Positions 1 through 7,052 of a stretch of 46,689 nt of DNA are shown piece by piece; position 1 is the stretch's first letter, and every line of letters starts with the position of its first letter. The stretch is from a virus, in IMG/VR virus record IMGVR_UViG_3300045988_030912, positions 1 to 46,689 of that record; one strand, 5' to 3'. The position numbers were made by a program, and so were the translations under genes. Below the pieces are notes generated by a model. The model ran no database searches and was not told the origin of the DNA. It saw nothing but the letters and a program-made list of their open reading frames with translations.

Positions 1-55
1 TTCTGGCGCCAGCTCTCGCCGGTGAGGGTGATCCCTCTGCACATTTCCATGAGCC
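1..55. repeat. Terminal overlap copy 1, identical to 46635..46689 (signature of circular closure or terminal redundancy)
   Basis: Direct comparison of the window ends gives 55/55 identical nt (ttctggcgccagctctcgcc...catttccatgagcc). Confidence 0.95.
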
Positions 56-995
56 GGTCGATGGTGGCCCGCGCCGTGGTGTCGTCCCGCGTGTCCTTCG
101 TGGTCATGCGGGCGATCAGGGTGTCTGTGTCGTAGTTGGTGGTCACTATGGTCGGCAGGTATGCCTCATACCGGCCGTTGATGATGTTGTAGATCGTCGA
201 GATCGCCCACTCGGTCGGGGGCTCCTTGCCGATGTCGTCGATGACCAGCAGCGGCACGGTCTTGTAGAGCTTCAGGACGCTGCCCTCGTCGATGTCGCCC
301 CGGGAGTAGGTGCGCTTGATGCGCTCCAGCAGGTCGATCATGGTCATGCAGACGACCGGCCGGCCCTGACGGATCAGGTGATTGGCGATGGCGGCGGCGA
401 GGTGCGTCTTGCCGGTGCCGGGCGGGCCTGCGATAAAAAGGCCGTTGCGGCCGGGCTCCGGCTCGCCGCACTTTGGCAGCAGGGAGTCGAAGGCGTTGGC
501 GTATCTCGAGGCGACGGCTGCGGCCCGCTTGTTTTCCTCGGTGATCTCGAAGGTGTCGAAGGTGCGGCGCAGGAAGCGCTCGCCCATGCCCGACTCGCCG
601 ATGATCCTGCGGATCTTCTCGCGGAGCTTGTAGTCCTCCTCGGCCTTGCGGGCCGCTTCCTCCTTGGCCTTGCGCTCTGCTTCGGCCTTCTCGTAGGCTG
701 CCACGGCGTCAGGGCAGTCGCAGCGCTCGGGGCCGGTTGGCGGCCACACTATGCGATCGCCGAGCCTGAAGCCCTTGTAGTGGCGTATCTTCCCGCAATA
801 CTCGCAGGGGACGGGCTGAGGGGATCCGGGGATCCGGGCGATGTTCTCGTCCTCGGTGCTGACCCACTGGAAGCGGGCCTCCTCGTCGTCAGCTTTCGCC
901 GTCGAGGTCGTCGTCGGCTGCCTTGAAGCCCTTGCCCCAGTCTGTGCCGGATCCTCTCGGGCTGCCTGCATCAGGATCTCGCTGATCGCCTGCAT
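1..995 (-). CDS. DnaC/IstB-like AAA+ helicase-loader ATPase. The 3' end runs off the window start; the last codons and the TAG stop are at 46631..46689.
   Basis: Absent from the ORF track because it crosses the window edge. My translation gives GPPGTGKTHLAAAIANHL (Walker A, about 405-428), PLLVIDDIG (Walker B) and an N-terminal CxxC...CxC motif. ATG at 995 is preceded by AGGAGG (1005-1010) with a 9-nt spacer. Confidence 0.8.
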   Translation of the reverse strand, partial: MQAISEILMQAAREDPAQTGARASRQPTTTSTAKADDEEARFQWVSTEDENIARIPGSPQPVPCEYCGKIRHYKGFRLGDRIVWPPTGPERCDCPDAVAAYEKAEAERKAKEEAARKAEEDYKLREKIRRIIGESGMGERFLRRTFDTFEITEENKRAAAVASRYANAFDSLLPKCGEPEPGRNGLFIAGPPGTGKTHLAAAIANHLIRQGRPVVCMTMIDLLERIKRTYSRGDIDEGSVLKLYKTVPLLVIDDIGKEPPTEWAISTIYNIINGRYEAYLPTIVTTNYDTDTLIARMTTKDTRDDTTARATIDRLMEMCRGITLTGESWRQ

Positions 996-1770
996 CGGTT
1001 GTCACCTCCTCGTTATCCCAGTAGCCGCCGTTGAGCCATGTGGCCGGGTTGGGTATGTACCGGCCCTTGTCCCGGCACCACTGCTCGCCGCGCTTCTGCG
1101 CGTCGATGGCTGCCATGATCTTCTCGTGGAGGGCTGCGTCAGGGCTGATGCGCTTCCACGCCTTGAGTGCGTACTGCTTGCCGACCTTTTTCGGGTACTC
1201 GCTCCAAAACTCGGCAAATCTGACCTCGATGATCGACGTCCTCGCCGTCCCGCCCCCCTCGCCAGAGGGGGAGGGGGGTGTATCATCTTCTCTGGTGTTG
1301 TCTACTCTACTCTGGTCTACTCTGCCTCCGGCTTTTCCTTGGCCGTCCTGCGGACGACCGGCGGGCGTTTTCTGGTCGTCGGACGGCTCGCCCGAGGCTG
1401 CGGCCGCGGCCGCCCGGCGGCGCTGTGAGCGCTCCTTCTCGGCCTGCCGCTGGTCGATCAGCTTGCCGGCGTACTCGTACCAGTCGTGGATCTCGAGGGC
1501 TCCGTCGGCCTTTTCATCCAGCCAGCCGGCCCGGATCAGGGCTCCCGTGAGCTTTTCGGCCGGCCCTTCGTACTGAGCGGCCCGGGAGATCATGCGCGGC
1601 GTGATGCCGTCGAGCTGTCCGCTCGGGGCGTTGTCGAGGGCCCACAGCCAGAAGGAGATCAGCAGGCCCATCATGTGCGGCGGGGTGATCTCGAGCTCGT
1701 CAGCGGCGTCGAATAGCTTGCGGTGGTCTTTGAGGGTTTGATGCACTTGGATCCATGCCACGGTCGTCAC
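889..1770 (-). CDS. Phage replication initiator / replisome organiser (DnaD-like), followed by a conserved C-terminal FAEFWSEYPKK...W domain
   Basis: 293-aa ORF sitting upstream of the DnaC-like loader. Its sequence pattern is typical of Firmicutes-phage replication proteins. Confidence 0.65.
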   Translation of the reverse strand: MTTVAWIQVHQTLKDHRKLFDAADELEITPPHMMGLLISFWLWALDNAPSGQLDGITPRMISRAAQYEGPAEKLTGALIRAGWLDEKADGALEIHDWYEYAGKLIDQRQAEKERSQRRRAAAAAASGEPSDDQKTPAGRPQDGQGKAGGRVDQSRVDNTREDDTPPSPSGEGGGTARTSIIEVRFAEFWSEYPKKVGKQYALKAWKRISPDAALHEKIMAAIDAQKRGEQWCRDKGRYIPNPATWLNGGYWDNEEVTTDAGDQRDPDAGSPRGSGTDWGKGFKAADDDLDGES

Positions 1771-1835
1771 CTCCTTTTTGTGGCTGCGTGTGCGTGGCTG
1801 CTATTTGGTCAGCCGCCGGTCGTCCGGCGGCCGCG

Positions 1836-2273
1836 TCAGAAGGGCAGGTCGCCATTGTCGTCCACCTCCACGAAGCCGTCGGGATCTGCGAAGCTGCCGC
1901 CCGGGTCGGCGAAGTCGCCGCCGTCTGACTGCTGCCCGGCGCTCTGGCCGTCCCTCTTGCTGTCGCTGAAGTGGATGCTCCTGACGGTGATCTCGGTGGC
2001 CTTGCGCCGGTTGCCCTCCTTGTCCTCATAGGTGCGGCTGGTGAGCTCGCCCTCCACGATGACGAGGCGGCCCTTGCTGAGGTACTTGCAGGCGAACTCG
2101 GCCGTAGAGCGCCACGCGACGCAGTCGATGAAGTTGGTGATCTTGTTGCCGTTCTTATCCTTGCGGCCGGTATCGCTGGCGAGGGTGAAGCTGGTGATCG
2201 CTGTACCCTGCCCGGTGCGTCTTAGCTCAGGGGTGGCCGTGAGCCGCCCCTGAAGCCCTGATTGGTTATACAT
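1836..2273 (-). CDS. ssb: Single-stranded DNA-binding protein
   Basis: OB-fold N-terminus (GRLTATPELRRT...), a Gly/Asp-rich linker and an acidic C-terminal tip DDNGDLPF. AGGAGG lies 9 nt upstream of the ATG. Confidence 0.9.
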   Translation of the reverse strand: MYNQSGLQGRLTATPELRRTGQGTAITSFTLASDTGRKDKNGNKITNFIDCVAWRSTAEFACKYLSKGRLVIVEGELTSRTYEDKEGNRRKATEITVRSIHFSDSKRDGQSAGQQSDGGDFADPGGSFADPDGFVEVDDNGDLPF

Positions 2274-2278
2274 CAGGC

Positions 2279-3088
2279 TTATCCTCCTTGCTGGTTATGC
2301 TGAGCCGCTGCGGCGTCGAGCGAGGTGCAGATCTCGTCGTACTCCTGACGGGTCAGGGTGGCCGGATCCTGCTTTTTGTACTTCTCGAGGATCCGGGCGT
2401 CGGTGCGTTCCTTGGTCATGCCGGCGGCCTCTGCTTTCTTATAGAGACGGTTGAGCTGCGCGTCGCTGAGACGACCGGAGCTCTGGCCCTGCTGGCGCTG
2501 CTGCCCCTGTTGGCCCTGTCTGGAGCCGCTGGAGCCTTTGCCTTGTGCGCTGAAGTCGCTGTTGTCGGGGTCGTCCTCGCCTTGGTCGACGGTGAACTTC
2601 TCGAAAAGGTAGTATTTCAGCGCGTAGGTGTGGGCGGCGCCCTTGGCCTTGGCCGGGTCATCGTTCCAGCCGAGGGCGTGGATCGTGGCCTCGATGGTCT
2701 CGTCGTCGTTGTCGAGGTTAGTCCAGCGGATCGTGAGGTCGGCCTCGTAGAGGAACATGAGCTTGTCGCCGTTGCGGGTCTTGGTCTGCATGGTGATCCA
2801 GTAGAGGGGGTCGCCGTTGTCTGAGTGCTTGGTGGCCTCCTCCCGGATGACGTCGAAGTCGACGCCGAGCTCGTTCATGATGGGGGTGATCTTCTCCCAT
2901 ACGTCGTAGATCTTGGCGTACTTGTAGCTGACGCCGTCGCTGTGCTGCTTCTTCACGATCTCCGGGCAGGCTTTTCGCATTTCTACGAGCTTCTGCCGGA
3001 GGGTCAGGCAGCTCGCCACGGCCGGCAGTGTGGCGGCCTCGGGGGCCTGCGCTGCGCCTTCGGCGGGCGCGGTGTTGCTGTTTGCCAT
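2279..3088 (-). CDS. Erf-family single-strand annealing recombinase (putative)
   Basis: The segment GVSYKYAKIYDVWEKITPIMNELG resembles the ERF core. It has a Gln/Gly-rich linker and sits between Gam-like and SSB genes. The RBS is AAAGGAGG. Confidence 0.6.
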   Translation of the reverse strand: MANSNTAPAEGAAQAPEAATLPAVASCLTLRQKLVEMRKACPEIVKKQHSDGVSYKYAKIYDVWEKITPIMNELGVDFDVIREEATKHSDNGDPLYWITMQTKTRNGDKLMFLYEADLTIRWTNLDNDDETIEATIHALGWNDDPAKAKGAAHTYALKYYLFEKFTVDQGEDDPDNSDFSAQGKGSSGSRQGQQGQQRQQGQSSGRLSDAQLNRLYKKAEAAGMTKERTDARILEKYKKQDPATLTRQEYDEICTSLDAAAAQHNQQGG

Positions 3089-3100
3089 GTCCGTCCTCCT

Positions 3101-3733
3101 TTACGCCTCGACCTTGAAGGTGTCGGGGGTCTCCGTGATGGTGATGCCCTCGACGATCTCTCCGGTCTCCTCGATGGTGGCGACGCTGCCGACGAAGGCG
3201 AGCTTCTTCTTCAGCTCGCCCCACTTGGCCGACTCCTCGACCTTCACGAAGTCGGCGAAGCCGTTGGCCCGCAGCCACGGCACCAGCTTGGCGTCGTCGG
3301 TGGTGGCCTTCGGGGCGCCCTTCTTCAGGGTCAGGGTGCCGGAGAGGAGGCGGTACTTCTCGGTCGTCTTGGTTTTCTTGTGCGGCACGGTCTGGAAGAA
3401 GTCGGCGAGGCAGGAGGTCAGGAAGCCGGTGCCGTTCTCATACCGGCGCTTGGCTGCCTCGATCTTCTCGGTGATGGCGGCGATCTGCTGCTCGCCGAGC
3501 TCCTTCAGGCGCTCGTACTCGGCCCGCTCCTCGTTGATCTTGCGGACGGCCCAGTCTGCGCAGCGGTCGTCGGTGATCCTGAAGGGCGGGCGCTCCTCCT
3601 GCACGATGGCGCCGAGGTCGAACTGCTCCAGCTCCTCGAGGGTGGCAGCCGGCAGGATCTCGGCCGGCGTGACGGGCTCAGTGACGTCGAGGCCCTGCTC
3701 TGCGGCGATGGCCGCGGTGGTCTTATCGCTCAT
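3101..3733 (-). CDS. Mu Gam-like host-nuclease inhibitor (putative)
   Basis: Coiled-coil N-terminus (ADWAVRKINEERAEYERLKELGEQQIAAITEKIE) followed by a beta-rich C-terminus. Located in the recombination module. Confidence 0.5.
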   Translation of the reverse strand: MSDKTTAAIAAEQGLDVTEPVTPAEILPAATLEELEQFDLGAIVQEERPPFRITDDRCADWAVRKINEERAEYERLKELGEQQIAAITEKIEAAKRRYENGTGFLTSCLADFFQTVPHKKTKTTEKYRLLSGTLTLKKGAPKATTDDAKLVPWLRANGFADFVKVEESAKWGELKKKLAFVGSVATIEETGEIVEGITITETPDTFKVEA

Positions 3734-4412
3734 GATGCGGTTGCTCCTTTCTGGTGTTCTGCGGCCCTGTCGGCCGCGATCTGGCTGTATTTGGGATCGA
3801 GCTCGATCCCGATGTACTGGCGCCCCGTCTTGGCCGCTGCGGCCAGCGTGGAGCCGCTGCCGGCGAAGGGGTCGAGGATCAGGGCGCCGGGCTCGGTGGT
3901 GGCCTCGATCAGCCTCTCGAGCAGCGCCACGGGCTTCTCGTTGGGGTGGATCAGGGCGGCGTTGCCGACCTTCGGGCAGGCGATGACGTTGTCCGGCCGC
4001 TTGCCCGGGAACTCGAAGCGCCCCTTCACGGCGAAGATGATGACGTCATAGCGCGGGGCGAAGGACGCCTTCAGATCTCCCATGCCGTGCGCCTGCCGAT
4101 CCCATACGATGACCGACTTCACGGTCAGGCCGGCGAGCTCGAGGGCGTCAACAAAAACCTGCTGAACATCCCATCGGGCAAAACAGAGTACCCCCCCCGC
4201 GACTTCACGACTCTGGCGGCGTCGTAGATCCACCAGATGAACGGGGCCTTGTCGTTGCTGATTTTGGCGAGCCGGCGATCCTTCTCCTTGCGGTTGCTCT
4301 GGTAGTCGATGCCGTAGGGCGGGTCGGTGATGACCATGTCGACGCTCTCGGCCTCCATGCTGCGCAGGATCGTCAGGCTGTCGCCGGTGATGACGGTGTT
4401 GTGTTGGATCAT
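3730..4412 (-). pseudogene. N4/N6 DNA methyltransferase (DPPY type) split by a frameshift in a G8 tract (C8 on the + strand, 4191..4198)
   Basis: The N-terminal part (start 4412, MIQHNTVITGDSL...VDMVITDPPYGIDY...KSRGG) and the C-terminal part (...VFVDALELAGL...ILDPFAGSGSTLAAA...YIGIELD) lie in different frames. Inserting one G (G9) joins them as ...KSRGGVLCFARWD... Confidence 0.85.
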
Positions 4413-5119
4413 TATTCCGGGCTCCTTTCTGCGAAAAATCGGTGCCCGCCCACTTCGATGACGAAGATCTGACTCTCGTGGAAGCTGCTGCTCACGATGG
4501 CGGGGTTGTAGAAGTAGAGGATGGGCTCGTCGGTGACGGTCTCCCCGTCGTCGAATACGGCCGCCACGGCGTCCCTGACGCTTTGTGTGGGCTCGGGCCG
4601 GCGTGTGGTGTACTTGTACGCCACGACGGCCTCCGAAGGCGCTGTACCGCTTTTCTCGGCGGCATTGAGTATGCACTGCGCGACGAGCATCTGGCCCTCG
4701 AAGGACTCGCCGCCGGCTTCGGCCATGACCACGCGCTCGACCACGTCGCGCTCGGCGTCGGTCAGGGCGTAGCGGGGAGTGGGGGGCTCCTCGACTGCCG
4801 GGGCGGTCTGCTGCGTCTGCGTCACGATCGTCGGGAAGTAGCCAGCCGGCCACTGCGACGCGAGTGGCTCGGTGATGGTCGTGTTTTGGTCGACCGTCGG
4901 CTGGTCTGCGGTCACTGCCGTGACCACGATGTAGACGAGGGCGAAGATCAGAGTCAGCAGGATCAGCAGCGCCGTGAGCCTGCGGCGGCGGTACTTGGCG
5001 CGGCGCTTTTTTCGTGCTATAATACGGTCGCGGGATCCGTTGGCGGGCTGGCCGTCGGTATTCCTCGCAGGGGTCGCTCGGGCGTAACGGGCGGCCCCAT
5101 CTTTTGTTAATGCCTCCAT
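4412..5119 (-). CDS. Membrane-anchored SleB/CwlJ-like cell-wall hydrolase domain protein
   Basis: Basic N-terminus, one TM helix (LTALLILLTLIFALVYIVVTAV), and a C-terminal LTDAERDVVERVVMAEAGGESFEGQMLVAQCILN motif. The RBS is AAAGGAG. Confidence 0.65.
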   Translation of the reverse strand: MEALTKDGAARYARATPARNTDGQPANGSRDRIIARKKRRAKYRRRRLTALLILLTLIFALVYIVVTAVTADQPTVDQNTTITEPLASQWPAGYFPTIVTQTQQTAPAVEEPPTPRYALTDAERDVVERVVMAEAGGESFEGQMLVAQCILNAAEKSGTAPSEAVVAYKYTTRRPEPTQSVRDAVAAVFDDGETVTDEPILYFYNPAIVSSSFHESQIFVIEVGGHRFFAERSPE

Positions 5120-5132
5120 GAGGATGCTCCTT

Positions 5133-5408
5133 TCAGCTCGTAGCCCGGGCTGCCATCTTCAGCACACAGTCGGCGGCGGTGAAGTCGCTGAACTCCATCT
5201 CCCTGACGGTGTCGGCGGTCAGCAGCACGAGGTACTCGTTGTCGTAGTGGTCGATCTCGGGGTAGCGCTCGCGGTAGAGGTTGAGCTTGTGCCGGGCGTA
5301 GGGCTCGCTGCGGATCCAGACGCACTCGGGAATCCAGCGGCCGAGGTAGTCCTCGACGCGGTCGCGCAGCTCTGCGCTGGTGATGGTGATCGGGGTGCTG
5401 CGGCTCAC
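5133..5408 (-). CDS. Hypothetical protein (alternative GTG start at 5417)
   Basis: ORF-track 94-aa frame. GTG at 5408 has GGAGG 8 nt upstream. Confidence 0.55.
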   Translation of the reverse strand: MSRSTPITITSAELRDRVEDYLGRWIPECVWIRSEPYARHKLNLYRERYPEIDHYDNEYLVLLTADTVREMEFSDFTAADCVLKMAARATS

Positions 5409-5413
5409 TGGCG

Positions 5414-6124
5414 TCACCTCCGGGCCACGCGGGCCGGAAGGGTGCGCTCCGGGCGCGTCATGGTTTTGCTGAAGTCCTGCGCCTCGTATCTGACGCCGGT
5501 GATCCTGCGGCCGCTGACGCCGTACTTCGGGTTGTAGCCGAACAGGTTGACGTAGGTGCCGAGGTCGTCGCGCTCGTCGTCCATCGCCTTCAGCACCTCG
5601 AACAGGGCCAGCACGTCGTCGATGGCGCGGTGGCTGTTCTGCACCTTGTCCTCGAGGCCGTAGGCGATGATCGCGTTGGCGAGCTTGTGCGGGTAGGGTC
5701 TGCGGTCTTTGTAGACCGTCAGACTGTCGAGCCAGTCGATCCGGCCGACCTTGCTGCCGCGCAGCAGCTCCCGCAGGAAGCAGGCGTCAAACTGCGCATT
5801 GTGGGCGATCATCAGGATCGGGCCGGGCTGCATGAGCTTGGCGATCTGGCTGGCGGCCTTGGCAGGCTGCACGCCCTCGCTCTGGAGGATCCTGTCGGTG
5901 ATGCCGGTGAGGGTGACGATGTTCTCGGGGAGCGTCTCGCCCTCGGGCAGCTTGATGAAGGTGTCCATCTTGCCGGCGATCCGCAGGGCTCCGGCCGGGG
6001 TGCGCTCCACGCGCAGGGCGGCCAGCTCGATGATCTGGTGCTTGTCCGGCTCGAGGCCGCTGGTCTCCGTGTCGAAGATGACGAGGGCCTTGTAGCGATC
6101 CAGCAGGCTGCTCAGGTTACTCAT
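5414..6124 (-). CDS. DnaQ/epsilon-like DEDDh 3'-5' exonuclease
   Basis: Motifs VIFDTETSGL, AHNAQFDACFL and HRAIDDVLA. ATG at 6124 has AGGAGG upstream. It overlaps the stop of the preceding gene. Confidence 0.85.
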   Translation of the reverse strand: MSNLSSLLDRYKALVIFDTETSGLEPDKHQIIELAALRVERTPAGALRIAGKMDTFIKLPEGETLPENIVTLTGITDRILQSEGVQPAKAASQIAKLMQPGPILMIAHNAQFDACFLRELLRGSKVGRIDWLDSLTVYKDRRPYPHKLANAIIAYGLEDKVQNSHRAIDDVLALFEVLKAMDDERDDLGTYVNLFGYNPKYGVSGRRITGVRYEAQDFSKTMTRPERTLPARVARR

Positions 6125-6809
6125 GCGCCACCTCCTGCTCACGGGCGGCCCGCAGCGTGCCGAGCATGAAGGCGGCCGCGGCCTTGAACTGCTCCTCGGT
6201 GGCGAAACTGCTGCCGAAGCCCTCGATCAGATCCCTGACGATCTCGCCGGCGGTCTCTGCGTCGACGTCGGCCTCCTCGATGGAGATCAGGAGATCGGAG
6301 TCCAGATAACAAGCGGGGCGCAGGCCGTGGCTGCCGTAGCAGGCGAGGTGGTTGTTCAGCGAGCCGTCAGAGTAGACGAGGCGGGCGCTATGCTCGTACC
6401 CATTGGCGGCCGTACTGAAGGCCGTGCCCAGCCACCACCAGTCCGAAGCGTTGGGGATGACGTCGCGGTTGCGCCGGTACTGGTCGACGTTCAGCAGGAA
6501 GATGATGGCCTTGCAGGTGCCGTAGTCCTTCAGGCCGTCGTCGGTCGTCAGATCCACGTCGACCTCGTCGAATGCTTCGGAGCTCCCGGCCTTGTCGATC
6601 AGGGTGTCGAGGTAGGGGCCGTTCAGGTAGGTGCGGCTCGTGCTCTTGCTCCAGTCGTTGCAGTTGCCCTCGTCGAATGCTCGCAGCTCGGTGATGTCCT
6701 CAGCCAGACAGAGGGTGCGGCCTTCAGGGTCGTGCTCCAGTGCGATCCAGCGCTGGCCCGCGTAGGCGAAGGCGGCGCCGCGGTCGAGGGTCTTGAGTGC
6801 TTTCTTCAT
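6117..6809 (-). CDS. Remote DGR target protein (230 aa) carrying variable repeat VR2; paralogous to the N-terminal domain of the 569-aa target
   Basis: ATG at 6809 with AAAGGAG upstream (the ORF-track start at 6974 is an over-extension). Contains ...WWWLGTAF...SARLVYSDGSLNNHLACYGSHGLRPACYLDSDLLIS, homologous to TR and VR1. Confidence 0.85.
   Translation of the reverse strand: MKKALKTLDRGAAFAYAGQRWIALEHDPEGRTLCLAEDITELRAFDEGNCNDWSKSTSRTYLNGPYLDTLIDKAGSSEAFDEVDVDLTTDDGLKDYGTCKAIIFLLNVDQYRRNRDVIPNASDWWWLGTAFSTAANGYEHSARLVYSDGSLNNHLACYGSHGLRPACYLDSDLLISIEEADVDAETAGEIVRDLIEGFGSSFATEEQFKAAAAFMLGTLRAAREQEVAHE
6311..6389 (-). repeat. DGR variable repeat 2 (VR2)
   Basis: 79-nt alignment to TR 19813..19891. 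There are 14 mismatches, all at + strand T (template A). Homology breaks down beyond about 6389-6392. Confidence 0.85.
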
Positions 6810-6985
6810 GGTTTCGCTCCTTTCAATCGTTGCGGCCGGCCCTCCGGGCTGGCCTGTTTTTGTTTCAGTGGCTCGCCGGCGCGGAGCCGGCTGGCGCAGT
6901 GGGGGCAGATGTAGCCGGTGGGCGGGATCGGCTGGTATATGCTCACATTCCAGACGAGGCCGCAGCCGACGCACTTGGCGGTCAT
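6806..6985 (-). CDS. Small zinc-ribbon protein (59 aa), translationally coupled (ATGA) to the remote DGR target
   Basis: My translation is MTAKCVGCGLVWNVSIYQPIPPTGYICPHCASRLRAGEPLKQKQ...KP*, with CxxC...CxxC. Its TGA overlaps the ATG at 6809. A weak GAGAGG RBS is present. Below the ORF-track length cutoff. Confidence 0.5.
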   Translation of the reverse strand: MTAKCVGCGLVWNVSIYQPIPPTGYICPHCASRLRAGEPLKQKQASPEGRPQRLKGAKP

Positions 6986-7052
6986 GTGGGTGCCTCTCTG
7001 TTTTTCAGCAGCCTCTCGGCGAGTTGTCCGTAAAAGTCCCGATTTGTGATAC

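Noticed and set aside
1-55. The terminal 55-bp direct repeat as an att site, LTR or IS end
   Set aside because: A single ORF (DnaC-like) reads seamlessly through the junction, and the repeat sits exactly at the window ends. This is a circular-assembly overlap.
166-926. ORF-track entries 166-471 (-), 378-926 (+) and 382-633 (+)
   Set aside because: These are off-frame or antisense to the DnaC-like gene. The true frame shows Walker A and B motifs but was not listed because the gene crosses the window edge.
6117-6974. The 285-aa version of the remote-target ORF, and similar N-terminal over-extensions at 7881-8522, 8293-8655, 13711-14271, 24274-24774, 33635-35269, 39611-40453, 42351-42878, 42617-43300 and 45302-45940
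   Set aside because: The extensions are Arg/Pro-rich and overlap upstream genes. Internal start codons have strong AGGAGG-type RBSs at 6-10 nt spacing, often with ATGA/GTGA coupling.
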